NCBI GenBank assembly: GCA_950097015.1
Contig: CATNEN010000033.1
Coordinates: forward strand, 2,108,001 to 2,172,000
Source of the DNA: Macrostomum hystrix
Taxonomy: Eukaryota > Animalia > Platyhelminthes
Length of the DNA stretch: 64,000 bases
Direction: 5' to 3'
The notes beneath the pieces are model-generated. The model saw only the letters and a list, made by a program, of their open reading frames with translations, was not told where the DNA came from and did no database searches. Both the position numbers and the translations under genes were made by a program. Of the stretch, positions 9,801 to 20,885 are shown in pieces; within the stretch, counting starts at the first letter, position 1, and each line of letters begins with the position of its first letter.

Positions 9801-12652
9801 AGTTGGGATAGAAGGGAGGTAAGAGTGAGGAAAAACTTGGTTTCTCATTTCTCAGATAGTAGATTCGTAAGACCTGAAGCAATGAGAATCTGTTCCGTCT
9901 TCCACTTGCAGCCGAGCCGGCAGCGGAGCCTGACCCGGAGACTCAGAAGGACCACTCGAACGCCATCGCGGATCACCTGGTGAACGAGTGGCGTAGATCC
10001 CAGTCTGCGTGCATCATCGAGCAGTCTTTAGATGAGATCAGCAGGGGCGCCTCATCGCAGATTAACAACGGAAGTGGCGACCGTGGGGTCCATCTGCAGA
10101 CACGGAAGCCCATTAAGCGAGCTTATCCCACTAGCTTTGGCAACCAGGTGTGTTGGGTGGATTAGCAACCAGATGTGTTGGGTGGATTAGAAACCAGGTG
10201 TGTTAGGTGGATTAGCGACCAGATGTGTTGGGTGGATTAGCAACCAGATGTGTTGGGTGGATTAGCAACCAGGTGTGTTAGGTGGATAAGAAACCAGGTG
10301 TGTTGGGTGGATTAGCAACCAGGTGTGTTCGGTGGATTAGAAACCAGGTGTGTTAAGTGGATTAGAAACCAGGTGAGTTAAGTGGATTAGAAACCAGGTG
10401 TGTTGGGTTGATTACCAACCAGGTGTTTTGAGTGGACTAAGCAGTGAAGTGATTTGTACGCGCATAGCAACAAATCATCTGTATCCCAAATCCCGCAGCT
10501 GCTGCACGTGTCGTGGCGCACCTGGCTGAATCTGTTCCGCAATCCGCAGAGCTCGGTGATCCAGCTGGTTGTTTACCTGTTCTTCGGAGTGAGCATCGGC
10601 ACGGTGTTCTTCGGCCTGGACTCCTCACTGGAGTCGGGCATTCAGAATCGCCAGGGCCTGTTCTTTTTCCTCACCCTGCAGATGGTGTTTGTCAACCTGA
10701 GCGCAGTGGAGGTCTTCATCAAAGAGCGGGCCGTTTTTATTCACGAGAATTCCTCCGGCTTTTACAGCGTGCTGGTGTACTTTCTCGCCAAGATCCTCTG
10801 CGACATGCTGCCCATCAAAACCCTGCCGGTTAGTGCTACTGCCGCTACCTCTGCTTCCGGACCCTTATGTCTTCTCCCATCTGCTGTCTAATTCTCCAAT
10901 CTGCTGTCTACTTCTCCCATCTGCTGTCTACTTCTCCAATCTGCTGTCTACTTCTCTAATCTGCTGTCTACTTCTCCAAATCTGCTGTCTACTTCTCTAA
11001 TCTGCTGTCTACTTCTCCCAATCTGTTGTCTACTTCTCAAATCTGTTGTCCACTTCGCCCAATCTGCTGTCTACTTCTCCCAATCTGCTGTCTAGTTCTC
11101 CAATCTGCTGTCTACTTCTCCCAATCTGCTGTCTACTTCTCCCAATCTGCTGTCTACTTCTCCCAATCTGCTGTCTAGTTCTCCAATCTGCTGTCTACTT
11201 CTCCCAATCTGCTGTCTACTTCTCCAATCTGTTGTCTACTTCTCCCAATCTGCTGTCTACTTCTCCCAATCTGTTGCCTACTTCTCCAATCTGCTGCCTA
11301 CTTCTCCAAGTCAACTGTGTACAGCCGGCACTCTTAAAAGTCTAAAAATACAATTCCTAGTAAAACCGTGCTTTTTGACATCATAGTTTCACTGTATTGT
11401 TTGCATACCGCAAGCAACTGAACAAACTGGGTGACTGAAAAACTTACTAACGAAACCGCAGGTGCTGCTGTTCATGCCTATCGTGTACTTTATGGCCCAG
11501 CTGCGCATGGAGGCCGGCGCTTTTCTATTCTACCAGCTCAACCTGGTCTTGGCCACCTGCGCCGCCTGCGGTGTCGCATTCTTTGTCTCGGCCTCCGTGT
11601 CGGTGTTTGGTATAGCCAACATACTCATCTCAATCATGTACGTCTTTATGATGGTGTTCGGCGGATTCCTCATCAACATCGCCTCAGTTGGCTGGCTGAG
11701 CTGGTGTCGCTATCTGTCAGTGTTCTACTACGCCTATGCCGGATTGTCTGTGAATGAATTCAGCGGCATGCGATTCTGCCCAATGCGCCCGGAGCCCAAT
11801 GTCACCAGGAGCTGGTGAGACCATTGCTGAGCTTGGCTTCATGTGCGACTGTTTGAGATCTCACCCTGTGCTATCTCAGACAGTTTCATGAGATCTCACC
11901 CTGTGCTATATCAGACAGTTTCATGAGATCTCACCCTGTGCTATCTCAGACAGTTTCATGAGATCTCACCCTGTGCTATATCAGACAGTTTCATGAGATC
12001 TCACCCTGTGCTATCTCAGACAGTTTCATGAGATCTCACCCTGTGCTATCTCAGACAGTTTCATGAGATCTCACCCTGTGCTATCTCAGACAGTTTCATG
12101 AGATCTCACCCTGTGCTATCTCAGACAGTTTCATGAGATCTCAACCTGTGCTATCTCAGACAGTTTCATGAGATCTCAACCTGTGCTATCTCAGACAGTT
12201 TCATGAGATCTCACCCTGTGCTTTCTAAGGCAGTTTCATGAGATCTCACCCTGTGCTTTCTAAGGCAGTTTCATGAGATCTCACCCTGTGCTATCTCAGA
12301 CAGTTTCATGAGATCTCACCCTGTGCTATCTCAGACAGTTTCATGAGATCTCAACCTGTGCTATCTCAGACAGTTTCATGAGATCTCACCGTACTGACCC
12401 TCTGCTACCTCAGACAGATCTCACACTAATATTTGTCTGGTCCTAGTCATTGAAATCTTAGCCACAGTCTAGTCGAGCCTCAACCCCTGACCCTCCCACA
12501 GCAAGGACGGCTTCACCGTACTAAACGATCAACAAATTCCCTATGCCTCTGCGTGGAATTTATGGAGCAACGAGGTCGGAATGTTCTCCATCATGCTGGT
12601 GTTTCTGCTGCTCTGCTATGTTCAACTGTGTCGCATCAACAAGTACAAGTGA
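826..12652 (+). CDS. ABCG2: ABCG2/White-family half ABC transporter (NBD-TMD), 10 coding exons
   Basis: Exons: 826-827 (AT), 945-1059, 6411-6841, 7552-7828, 7918-8281, 8732-8866, 9912-10147, 10499-10828, 11462-11814, 12502-12652 (TGA). All introns are GT..AG and phase-consistent. Motifs: Walker A GPTGCGKT, Q-loop GYVVQDD, signature VSGGERKR, Walker B LFLDEPTTGLD, H-loop SIHQP, NSPPDFFMD, TSFGNQ..RNPQSS, a multi-TM domain, and the C-terminal ..NLWSNEVGMFSIMLVFLLLCYVQLCRINKYK*. It is collinear with vertebrate ABCG2 as recalled. The first two exons are less certain than the rest. The symbol means ABCG2-like; orthology was not tested. Confidence 0.93.
1110..2300. repeat. 30-bp minisatellite, about 40 copies (ABCG intron 2, 5' end)
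   Basis: Unit gtgagttgtcactaatccgccaatcactca; variants drift along the array. Confidence 0.97.
3180..3330 (-). mobile_element. Diverged, 5'-truncated copy of a related SINE in inverted orientation
   Basis: The reverse complement reads ..gtaccagaatcagctgggc...tggcatccccagtccacggactgaacagctgtacacag...gctacggctgtgcatctggcc. This aligns by eye with the 3' half of the 3536-3846 SINE (gtaccagcatcagctggga...tggcgtccccccagtccgtggactgaacagctgtacgcag...gctgcacatctgacc). Confidence 0.75.
3536..3846 (+). mobile_element. Full-length tRNA-derived SINE with CORE-like central domain, (ATT)n tail and 9-bp TSD
   Basis: Pol III A box TAGCCTAGTGG (3543-3553) and B box GGTTCGATTCC (3587-3597). CORE-like segment ccttTAGCAAGACACTTAAC...CACCCAGCTGTTAAATGGGTACC (3622-3681). 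(ATT)n tail at about 3828-3846. Direct repeat TTCGCTGCA at 3527-3535 and 3847-3855. Lies in ABCG intron 2. Confidence 0.88.
4010..6230. repeat. 30-bp minisatellite, about 74 copies (ABCG intron 2, 3' part)
   Basis: Unit gagaggtgagatttggtgtctatcttctga, with three variable positions. Confidence 0.98.
7040..7400. repeat. Diverged about 40-bp repeat with AACCAATCAG core (ABCG intron 3)
   Basis: About 9 copies of (gc)aaccaatcagc at roughly 40-bp spacing. Confidence 0.85.
9130..9810. repeat. 24-bp G-rich minisatellite (ABCG intron 6)
   Basis: Unit agaggggaagattaaagttggggt and variants. Confidence 0.95.
10141..10440. repeat. 25-bp minisatellite, 12 copies, overlapping the exon 7 splice donor
   Basis: Unit caaccaggtgtgttgggtggattag. 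Confidence 0.95.
10870..11310. repeat. 19-21-bp minisatellite (ABCG intron 8)
   Basis: Unit aatctgctgtctacttctcc(c). Confidence 0.95.
11855..12420. repeat. 35-bp minisatellite (ABCG intron 9)
   Basis: Unit gagatctcaccctgtgctatctcagacagtttcat. Confidence 0.97.
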
Positions 12653-12711
12653 ACTTCTGGGATTCCTGCTGCTGCATTACTTAGCGTTTTTATTGGCCAC
12701 TGGGCAATGAA

Positions 12712-13410
12712 CAACCAGAGCACACGCATAGTCTATGACCAATCAGAGCACACTCATAGTCTGTGACCAATGAGAGCACACTCATAGTCTGTGACCAATC
12801 AGAGCACACTCATAGTCTGTGACCAATCAGAGTACACTTATAGTCTCTGACCAATCAGAGTACACTTATAGTCTCTGACCAATCAGAGTACACTTATAGT
12901 CTGTGACCAATCAAAGTACACTCATTGTTTGTGACGAATCAGAGCACACTCATAGTCTGTGACCAATGAGAGTACACTCATAGTCTGTGACCAATCAGAG
13001 CACACTCATAGTCTGTGACCAATCAGAGCACACTCATAGTCTGTGACCAATCAGAGCACACTCATAGTCTGTGACCAATCATAGTACACTTATAGTCTCT
13101 GACCAATCAGAGTACACTTAAAGTCTTTGACCAATCAGAGCACACTCATAGTCTGTGACCAATCAGAGTACACTTATAGTCTTTGACCAATCAGAGCACA
13201 CTCAGTCTGTGACCAATCAGAGTACACTTAAAGTCTTTGACCAATCAGAGCACACTCAGTCTGTGACCAATCAGAGTACACTTATAGTCTCTGACCAATC
13301 AGAGTACACTTATAGTCGGTGACCAATCAAAGTACACTCATTGTTTGTGACGAATCAGAGCACACTCATAGTCTGTGACCAATCAGAACACATTCAATGG
13401 CTATGACCAA
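12712..13410. repeat. 28-bp minisatellite starting 60 nt after the ABCG stop codon
   Basis: Unit gaccaatcagagcacactcatagtctgt, about 25 copies. Confidence 0.96.
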
Positions 13411-14534
13411 TCAGAACACTTTCATCGGCTATGGCATCCTGTGCTATCTGTGCTAATTGTAGTGCAATTTTTTTAAAACATTATTTAAAGCAAAAGTTTT
13501 ATTTTCGAGTTGTATTAATTATTTATTGTTGGTTTAAGTGTGCAAGCGTAATCAAAGTACTAAAAGTAGTGTTGGCAGCGTTTTTTGTTGATTTTTTACT
13601 TTTCTCGTTCGATTTGCGAAAAACTTTTTAAAAATAGTATTCTCCTTGCTTGCATTGCCCGTGCTGCTGTGTTCGATTGAAATGTTAATCAAAATTCTTA
13701 TTGAATTGCTCTTCTAGTTTTCTTGTTTTTTCTCTTTGTGCTTCCGAAATCCACTGTTAATAAGGGAAATTAAGTTTTCGCCATTTTGTTTTAATTTTTT
13801 TACTAAAAGCTTTCTTAGTTTTGCTTCCAGAGAGAATTGTTTTTGGAGCAGTTTTTGTCTATTTTTTGTTTTACTTTTAGTAGTAGGAAAATTGCACGCT
13901 ACTTGCCTACTTATATTCAGTAGTATGTCGGGGACGCGGCAGGTATGCACTGCTCTGCGCCTTATTATTCTCGCCTGTTGCTGTGTGCATGTCTTTCACT
14001 AGTTCTACTAGTTGGTTGATCCAAGCTAATCTCTTTTGTTTTGGTTGTCATGGAAACCAGGTTGTTTACTGAAGTAGTGCTTGTTTGCCTAATTGAAAAT
14101 GTCGTCTGCTAATGTGCATCTGCTGGTGTGTCCGGCCTGCGCCTAGTTTCTATTTAATTTCTTTTTTTTTCAATTATACAATTCGCTGCTCGTGCAATAA
14201 GACAGACGGGCGGCAGTGAGGGACCGACCTTGTCATGGCCGCATTGTTCATTAACTCCATTTCTGTGTTTAATATTTTATTCTATACAAGTGCTTACTAC
14301 TCTACTGCAAGGCATATTTAGTGCGCGCGTTAAACCATATGGATTTTTGCACACTTTTGCTGCTAACCCTTCCTCATGCCAGTCAGAAATATATTATTTG
14401 CAGCAACAATTTGGCTCTGCCTGTGCTGCTTAGTTACTCTGCCACAACCGCCTGCTGCGAAATTAGTCTTTGTTTGATCCACCTGCTAATTGCTAATCTA
14501 TTCTTAAGTAAGATTCTCAGTCTTTACTTAATGT

Positions 14535-15895
14535 GTAGGTAAGATTAGCAATCTATTCACTAATCCGTAGGTAAGATTAGCAATCTATTCACTAATCCGT
14601 AGGTAAGATTAGCAATCTATTCACTAATCCGTAGGTAAGATTAGCAATCTATTCACTAATCCGTAGGTAAGATTAGCAATCTATTCACTAATCCGTAGGT
14701 AAGATTAGCAATCTATTCACTAATCCGTAGGTAAGATTAGCAATCTATTCACTAATCCGTAGGTAAGATTAGCAATCTATTCACTAATCCGTAGGTAAGA
14801 TTAGCAATCTATTCACTAATCCGTAGGTAAGATTAGCAATCTATTCACTAATCCGTAGGTAAGATTAGCAATCTATTCACTAATCCGTAGGTAAGATTAG
14901 CAATCTATTCACTAATCCGTAGGTAAGATTAGCAATCTATTCACTAATCCGTAGGTAAGATTAGCAATCTATTCACTAATCCGTAGGTAAGATTAGCAAT
15001 CTATTCACTAATCCGTAGGTAAGATTAGCAATCTATTCACTAATCCGTAGGTAATATTAGCAATCTATTCCCTAATCCGTATGATGGATTAGCAATCCAT
15101 TCCCTAATCCTTATGTTGGATTAGCAATCCATTCCCTAATCCGTATGATGGATTAGCAATCCATTCCCTAATCCGTAGGTTAGATTAGCAATTCATCCAC
15201 TAATCCTTATGATGAATTAGCAATCCATTCCCTAATCCGTATGATGGATTAGCAATCCATTCTCTAATCCGTATGATGGATTAGCAATCCATTCCCTAAT
15301 CCGTATGATGGATTAGCAATCCATTCCCTAATCCGTAGGTTACATTAGCAATTCATCCACTAATCCGTAGGTTACATTAGCAATTCATCCACTAATCCGT
15401 AGGTTACATTAGCAATTCATCCACTAATCCTTATGATTGATTAGCCATCTATTCACTAATCCGTAGGTTACATTAGCAATTCATCCACTAATCCGTAGGT
15501 TACATTAGCAATCCATTCACTAATCCGTAGGTTACATTAGCAATCTATCCACTAATCCTTAGGATGGATTAGCAATCCATTCCCTAATCCGTATGATGGA
15601 TTAGCAATCCATTCCCTAATCCGTATGATGGATTAGCAATCCATTCCCTAATCCGTATGATGGATTAGCAATCCATTACCTAATCCGTATGATGGATTAG
15701 CAATCCATTCCCTAATCCGTATGATGGATTAGCAATCCATTTCCTAATCCGTATGATGGATTAGCAATCCATTACCTAATCCGTATGATGGATTAGCAAT
15801 CTATCCACTAATCCTTATGATGGATTAGCAATCCATTCCCTAATCCGTATGATGGATTAGCAATCCATTCCCTAATCCGTATGATGGATATTATG
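14535..15895. repeat. 32-bp minisatellite with two sub-arrays
   Basis: Homogeneous gtaggtaagattagcaatctattcactaatcc to about 15050, then variants such as gtatgatggattagcaatccattccctaatcc. Confidence 0.97.
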
Positions 15896-16489
15896 GATCC
15901 GTAGGTTATATTATGGATCACAAGTTAGCTTGCCCAGTGTCTACTGTGCATTGCAGTATTTCTCCAAGTTTCTCTGATCAGCAGTTTGTGTGTGTGTGTT
16001 TTATAGGCCAATTTCTGGCCACAGTGCATGCACCGAAAGTAACTTCTAATAGTTTAAGTGCCCAGTCAAGCAGTGTTAAATGCCTGGCCCTACATAGGCA
16101 TAGTAGAGTGTTACTTGGCACCTGAAAGCAAGTCAATAAAATTAAATGTTTGAATAGGAAAGAAATTTTCTGGCTTTTAACCACAGTCGCTTTTTTGCAT
16201 AATTAGAACTTACTTGCTAAACATATTTATGCCTATATTCTGTCCGAGACTATACTCGTAGAGAGTGAGTGCACGGAGAAACAGCTGTGGTTTGACTGGT
16301 AGCTAAAAGGAGATAAACAAATTGAAAGATTCAATAAACAATTAGATTAAAGTAGCGATTGTTAGCAGGCCTTGTTACAGTTATCTAACAACAGACTCAG
16401 CTTCATCGAATCGCTTGAAATATTTGATACGTGTTTATAGCTCGAGTAATAGCACAGGCGCACTACAGCTGGGCATAACAAAGTACCTG

Positions 16490-16705
16490 TGTCACCTGTT
16501 AGACTCTGCTGTGTCGCCTGTTAGACTCTGCTGTGTCACCTGTTAGACTCTGCTGTGTCGCCTGTTAGACACAGTCGTGTCACCTGTTAGACATAGATGT
16601 GTTAGACACAATTGTGTCACCTGTTAGACATAGATGTGTTAGACACAGCTGTTAGACTCAGCTATTAGACACAGTTGTTAGCCACAGTTGTTAGACTCAG
16701 TTGTG
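16490..16705. repeat. About 20-bp degenerate repeat directly after the CNBD stop codon
   Basis: tgtcacctgttagactctgc and variants. Confidence 0.8.
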
Positions 16706-16709
16706 TCTG

Positions 16710-19700
16710 CTATGAGGGCATGGCGTTCTGGTCGATAGCTCTGATCAAGTAGTCCACGAATGCCACTTCGCTGTGGTCCAGCTCGCCCCGGACCTGCACT
16801 TTCTCGCGGCGCTTCTCATTCCGATACCTCAGCGTAGTCTTGGCCAGCTGGCGAGCCTCTCGCGACGTCTCCCGGCCGTCGCGCAGCAGCAGCCGGCGGA
16901 ACTCCGGCAGGTTCATGCGAAATAGAACCGACTCAGTCTGGGCCACGGCTGTGCTCATGCGACTGGGCAGCTGGGCCAGCACCTCGCAGTCTCCCAGCAT
17001 GCCGTTGCGGCTGATGCAGCTCCAGGCTATGCGGCTGTGGCTGGAGCCAACCGTCTTCAACTGATGCACCCGATTGCCGTTCCGCAGCTTGTGCTGCTGC
17101 TGCTGCTGCTGTTGCTGCTTCGGCAGGACTGAGTAGACATTCTTGGCCTGCAGGTGCAGCTCGTACTGGTCAGCCAGCTTGCGCGGATTCAGGTAGAGAA
17201 TCACCTCTCCGCTGCAATGTCAGGTGTTTAGTTGACAGCCATGGCTTGTCAAGGGGGGTCGGTGGCAGAGCCAAGGTCTCTAAGCTCGATTCCGCGGCGA
17301 GGCCACATTCATTTGTGGCGCAGCCGTGGAGAGAGAAGGCTTGGGGGCTTGTCGTGCAATTTAAACCCTTAAGGGGCCAACCTCCAAGGCACAGTGAGAG
17401 TGTACACTGCCTGACGATGAGAAAGTCAGGGCAGATGTACAGACCTGTGTGAGTGTGTGTTCAGGAGTCAGCGAAATGGGCAGAATTGCCTCCTCGCTGG
17501 CTGCGGGTCTAGTGTCACCAACATGTGTCATTGCCCACAGCGCTCCTGCAATTATTATTGTTATTATTAATGACTTGTCAATCGGCAATTTTTAACTGTC
17601 ATGATTTCGGAATCATTCGCAATGAGAGTTTGGCCCGCAAACAATCTGAGGTGCCTCGCTCGCTGAATAAGCTAAATAGATAGATAGAGAGGGCGAGAGA
17701 AGCTAATTAGAAAAACTTGCCCCTCGGCATCAGCTCGAGTGTCTGTCAAGTGTTTGCCGCACAATTATCACAATTCGTTAGTTTTATTTCTAGATTTCTC
17801 ATTTGGCACACTTTGAGAGAACTCAAAGCTGAGTATGGCTGAAATGATGGAGAAAATATACAGAGAGAGAGGGAGAGAGAGAGAGAGAGTAAAGATTCAG
17901 CAGCCCCAGAAAACCTGTCACTCAGCTGCCCGGCTGTCTGTCGCGGCGGAAGTGCGGACGTCAAGCTTCGCCAATAAAAAATATTCCATTGTGTGGCTGC
18001 AATCGGACTCAACATCGGGCCGACCTGAGACTCCGTCTGAGTCCCCAGATCTGCACACATCCCCAAGTTAGTGCCCTGGATTATATTCAGAATTAGGCCT
18101 TCCTCTTTTTCAAATCATTTTCCTCATCGAGGTACATTATCAGATTCCTATAACATTTATCCCAATTTAAGATCCCATAAATCATAATTCCTCGTTAGCA
18201 GATCCCATAGAACATAAATCCTCGTTAGCAGATCCCATAGAACATTAATCCTCGTTAGCAGATCCCATAGAACACAAGTCCTCGTTAGCAGATCCCATAG
18301 AACATAAGTCCTCGTTAGCAGATCCCATAGAACACAAGTCCTCGTTAGCAGATCCCATAGAACACAAGTCCTCGTTAGCAGATCCCATAGAACACAAGTC
18401 CTCGTTAGCAGATCCCATAGAACATTAATCCTCATTCCATGTAGTTTTTCGTACGGATGATTAATACGTAAAAAATCCAAAAACATTCTCCCACCTGACA
18501 ATGAAATACACGTCCTCAATCTTGTCACCCTGTCGCACAATGATATCTCCATTGTAGTATTTCTCCTTCATCAGGGCCCGGATGAACTGCTGCCGCAGTC
18601 TGGGATTGAAGTTGCTGACCAGGTGGAAGCCGGAGGTGAAGTCCTCGCGCTCCTGCTCCAGCCGGCGGAGCTGACTGTCGAGGGTGCGCTCGAACAGGTC
18701 GCGAGAGATGCGAATGAGGGAGCAGGACTCCGAGCCTGGAGCCACCAGCACGTTGGCTGTGCGAACTACATTCTTGACCAGGGCCACCTCGCCTATGACG
18801 GACCCGGCTGTCGGTGGGAGGCGTTTTTGGGATTGGAAAATTAGTGATTAAGCAGCTGCAGATGAGACAGTGAACTGTGATCAAGATAACGGATTGTAGG
18901 ATTAGAAATAACTAAGGATGATATTGAGGATGGTGAAAGACGGGATTGAGGATTATAATTGACGGGATTGAGGATTATTATTGATGGGATTGGGGATTAT
19001 TAAGGATGGGATTGAGGATTATAAAGATGTGATTGAAGATGATTAAGGATGGGATTGAGGATTATTAAAGATGTGATTGAAGATGATTAAGGATGGGATT
19101 GAGGATTATTAAAGATGTGATTGAAGATGATTAAGGATGGGATTGAGGATTATTCAGGATGGGATTGAGGATTATTAAAGATGTGATTGAAGATGATTAA
19201 GGATGGGATTGAGGATTATTAAAGATGTGATTGAAGATGATTAAGGATGGGATTGAGGATTATTAAAGATGTGATTGAAGATGATTAAGGATGGGATTGA
19301 GGATTATTCAGGATGGGATTGAGGATTATTAATGATGGGATTGAGGAGTATGAAGGATGGGATTGAGGATTATTAATGATGGGATTGAGGATTATTAAGG
19401 TTGGGATTGAGTAAAGGTATTGAGAATGCGGACGATGGTTTGACTGTCAGTCCGGAGCGGAACTCACGGCCAACCACTCCGACAACAACACCGAGAAGTT
19501 CGCCGACTTCCTTCTGTCCGGCCAGGCCCCGCACTGAGTCGCCTTCGCGCAGGTTGACTCCGCCTGCTCCTTCGCTGCCGCCGGTGGCCGCCACCCGCAC
19601 CTCACAGTGGCCGGCCAGCACAATGTACATGAAGTCACCGGCGTTGCCCTGACGAATCAGCAGTCGGCCCGGCTCCCAGGTCTCCAGCACCGAGTCATTC

Positions 19701-20885
19701 ACCAGGGCTTTTAGTACACCTGTATTGGGGTGGGTTTCACAGATTCTATGGGCGGATTGGGGTGGGTTTCATAGATTCTATGGGCGGATTGGGGTGGGTT
19801 TCACAGATTCTATGGGCGGATTGGGGTGGGTTTCACAGATTCTATGGGCGGATTGGGGTGGGTTTCATAGATTCTATGGGCGAATTGGGGTGGGTTTCAC
19901 AGATTCTATGAGTGGATTGGGGTGGGTTTCACAGATTCTATGAGTGGATTGGGGTGGGTTTTACAGATTCTATGGGCGGATTGGGTGTGGGTTTCACAGA
20001 TTCTATGCGCGGATTGGGTGTGGGTTTCACAGATTCTATGGGCGGATTGGGGTGGGTTTCACAGATTCTATGAGTGGATTGGGGTGGGTTTCACAGATTC
20101 TATGGGCGGATTGGGGTGGGTTTCATAGATTCTATGGGCGGATTGGGTGTGGGTTTCACAAATTCTATGGGCGGATTGGGTGTGGGTTTCACAAATTCTA
20201 TGGGCGTATTGGGGTGGGTTTTACAGATTCTATGGGCGGATTGGCTGTGGGTTTTATAGATTCTATGGGCGGATTGGGTGTGGGTTTTATAGATTCTATG
20301 GGCGGATTGGGGTCGGTTTCACATATTCTATGGGCGGATTGGGGTGGGTTTTACAGATTCTATGGGCGGATTGGGTGTGGGTTTCACATATTCTATGGGC
20401 GGATTGGGTGTGGGTTTTATAGATTCTATGGGCGGATTGGGGTCGGTTTCACAAATTCTATGGGCGGATTGGGTGTGGGTTTTATAGATTCTATGGGCGG
20501 ATTGGGGTGGGTTTCACAGATTCTATGAGTGGATTGGGGTGGGTTGCATAGATTCTATGGGCGGATTGGGGTGGGTTTCACAGATTCTATGAGTGGATTG
20601 GGGTGGGTTACATAGATTCTATGGGCGGATTGGGGTGGGTTTCACAGATTCTATGAAGTGGATTGGGGTGGGTTACATAGATTCTATGGGCAGAGTGGAG
20701 CCAGCCAGAGGGTACTCACTGTCATCCAGCTCGCCCAGCACGCAGACTTTGCCCCTCTGAGCCTCTCCCCTGGACAGGTCCTTGCACCAGTTCATCACCA
20801 TGCCGAGGTCGTCCTCGTTCCGTTCGCTCGGCGGCGCAGTCAGCGCCCGGCGGACTCGATCTAGCAGCAGAATTTCTCCAGACAT
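16710..20885 (-). CDS. Tandem cyclic nucleotide-binding domain protein (CNBD1/CNBD2-like), about 410 aa, 4 exons
   Basis: Minus-strand exons: 20885-20720, 19719-19468, 18807-18495, 17211-16710 (TAG), with GT..AG junctions in phase. Domain A: LIRQGNAGDFMYIVLAGHCEV...GPGSVIGEVALVKNVVRTANV. Domain B: IVRQGDKIEDVYFIVSGEV...GMLGDCEVLAQ. It contains a poly-Q tract. The start Met (MSGEILL) is the first in-frame ATG after an upstream stop, but an extra upstream exon is not excluded. Confidence 0.85.
18165..18435. repeat. 30-bp minisatellite (CNBD intron 3)
   Basis: Unit agatcccatagaacacaagtcctcgttagc. Confidence 0.95.
18940..19410. repeat. About 21/42-bp minisatellite (CNBD intron 2)
   Basis: gatgggattgaggattattaa alternating with gatgtgattgaagatgattaag. 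Confidence 0.92.
19725..20692. repeat. 32-33-bp minisatellite filling CNBD intron 1
   Basis: Unit agattctatgggcggattggggtgggtttcac. Confidence 0.97.
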
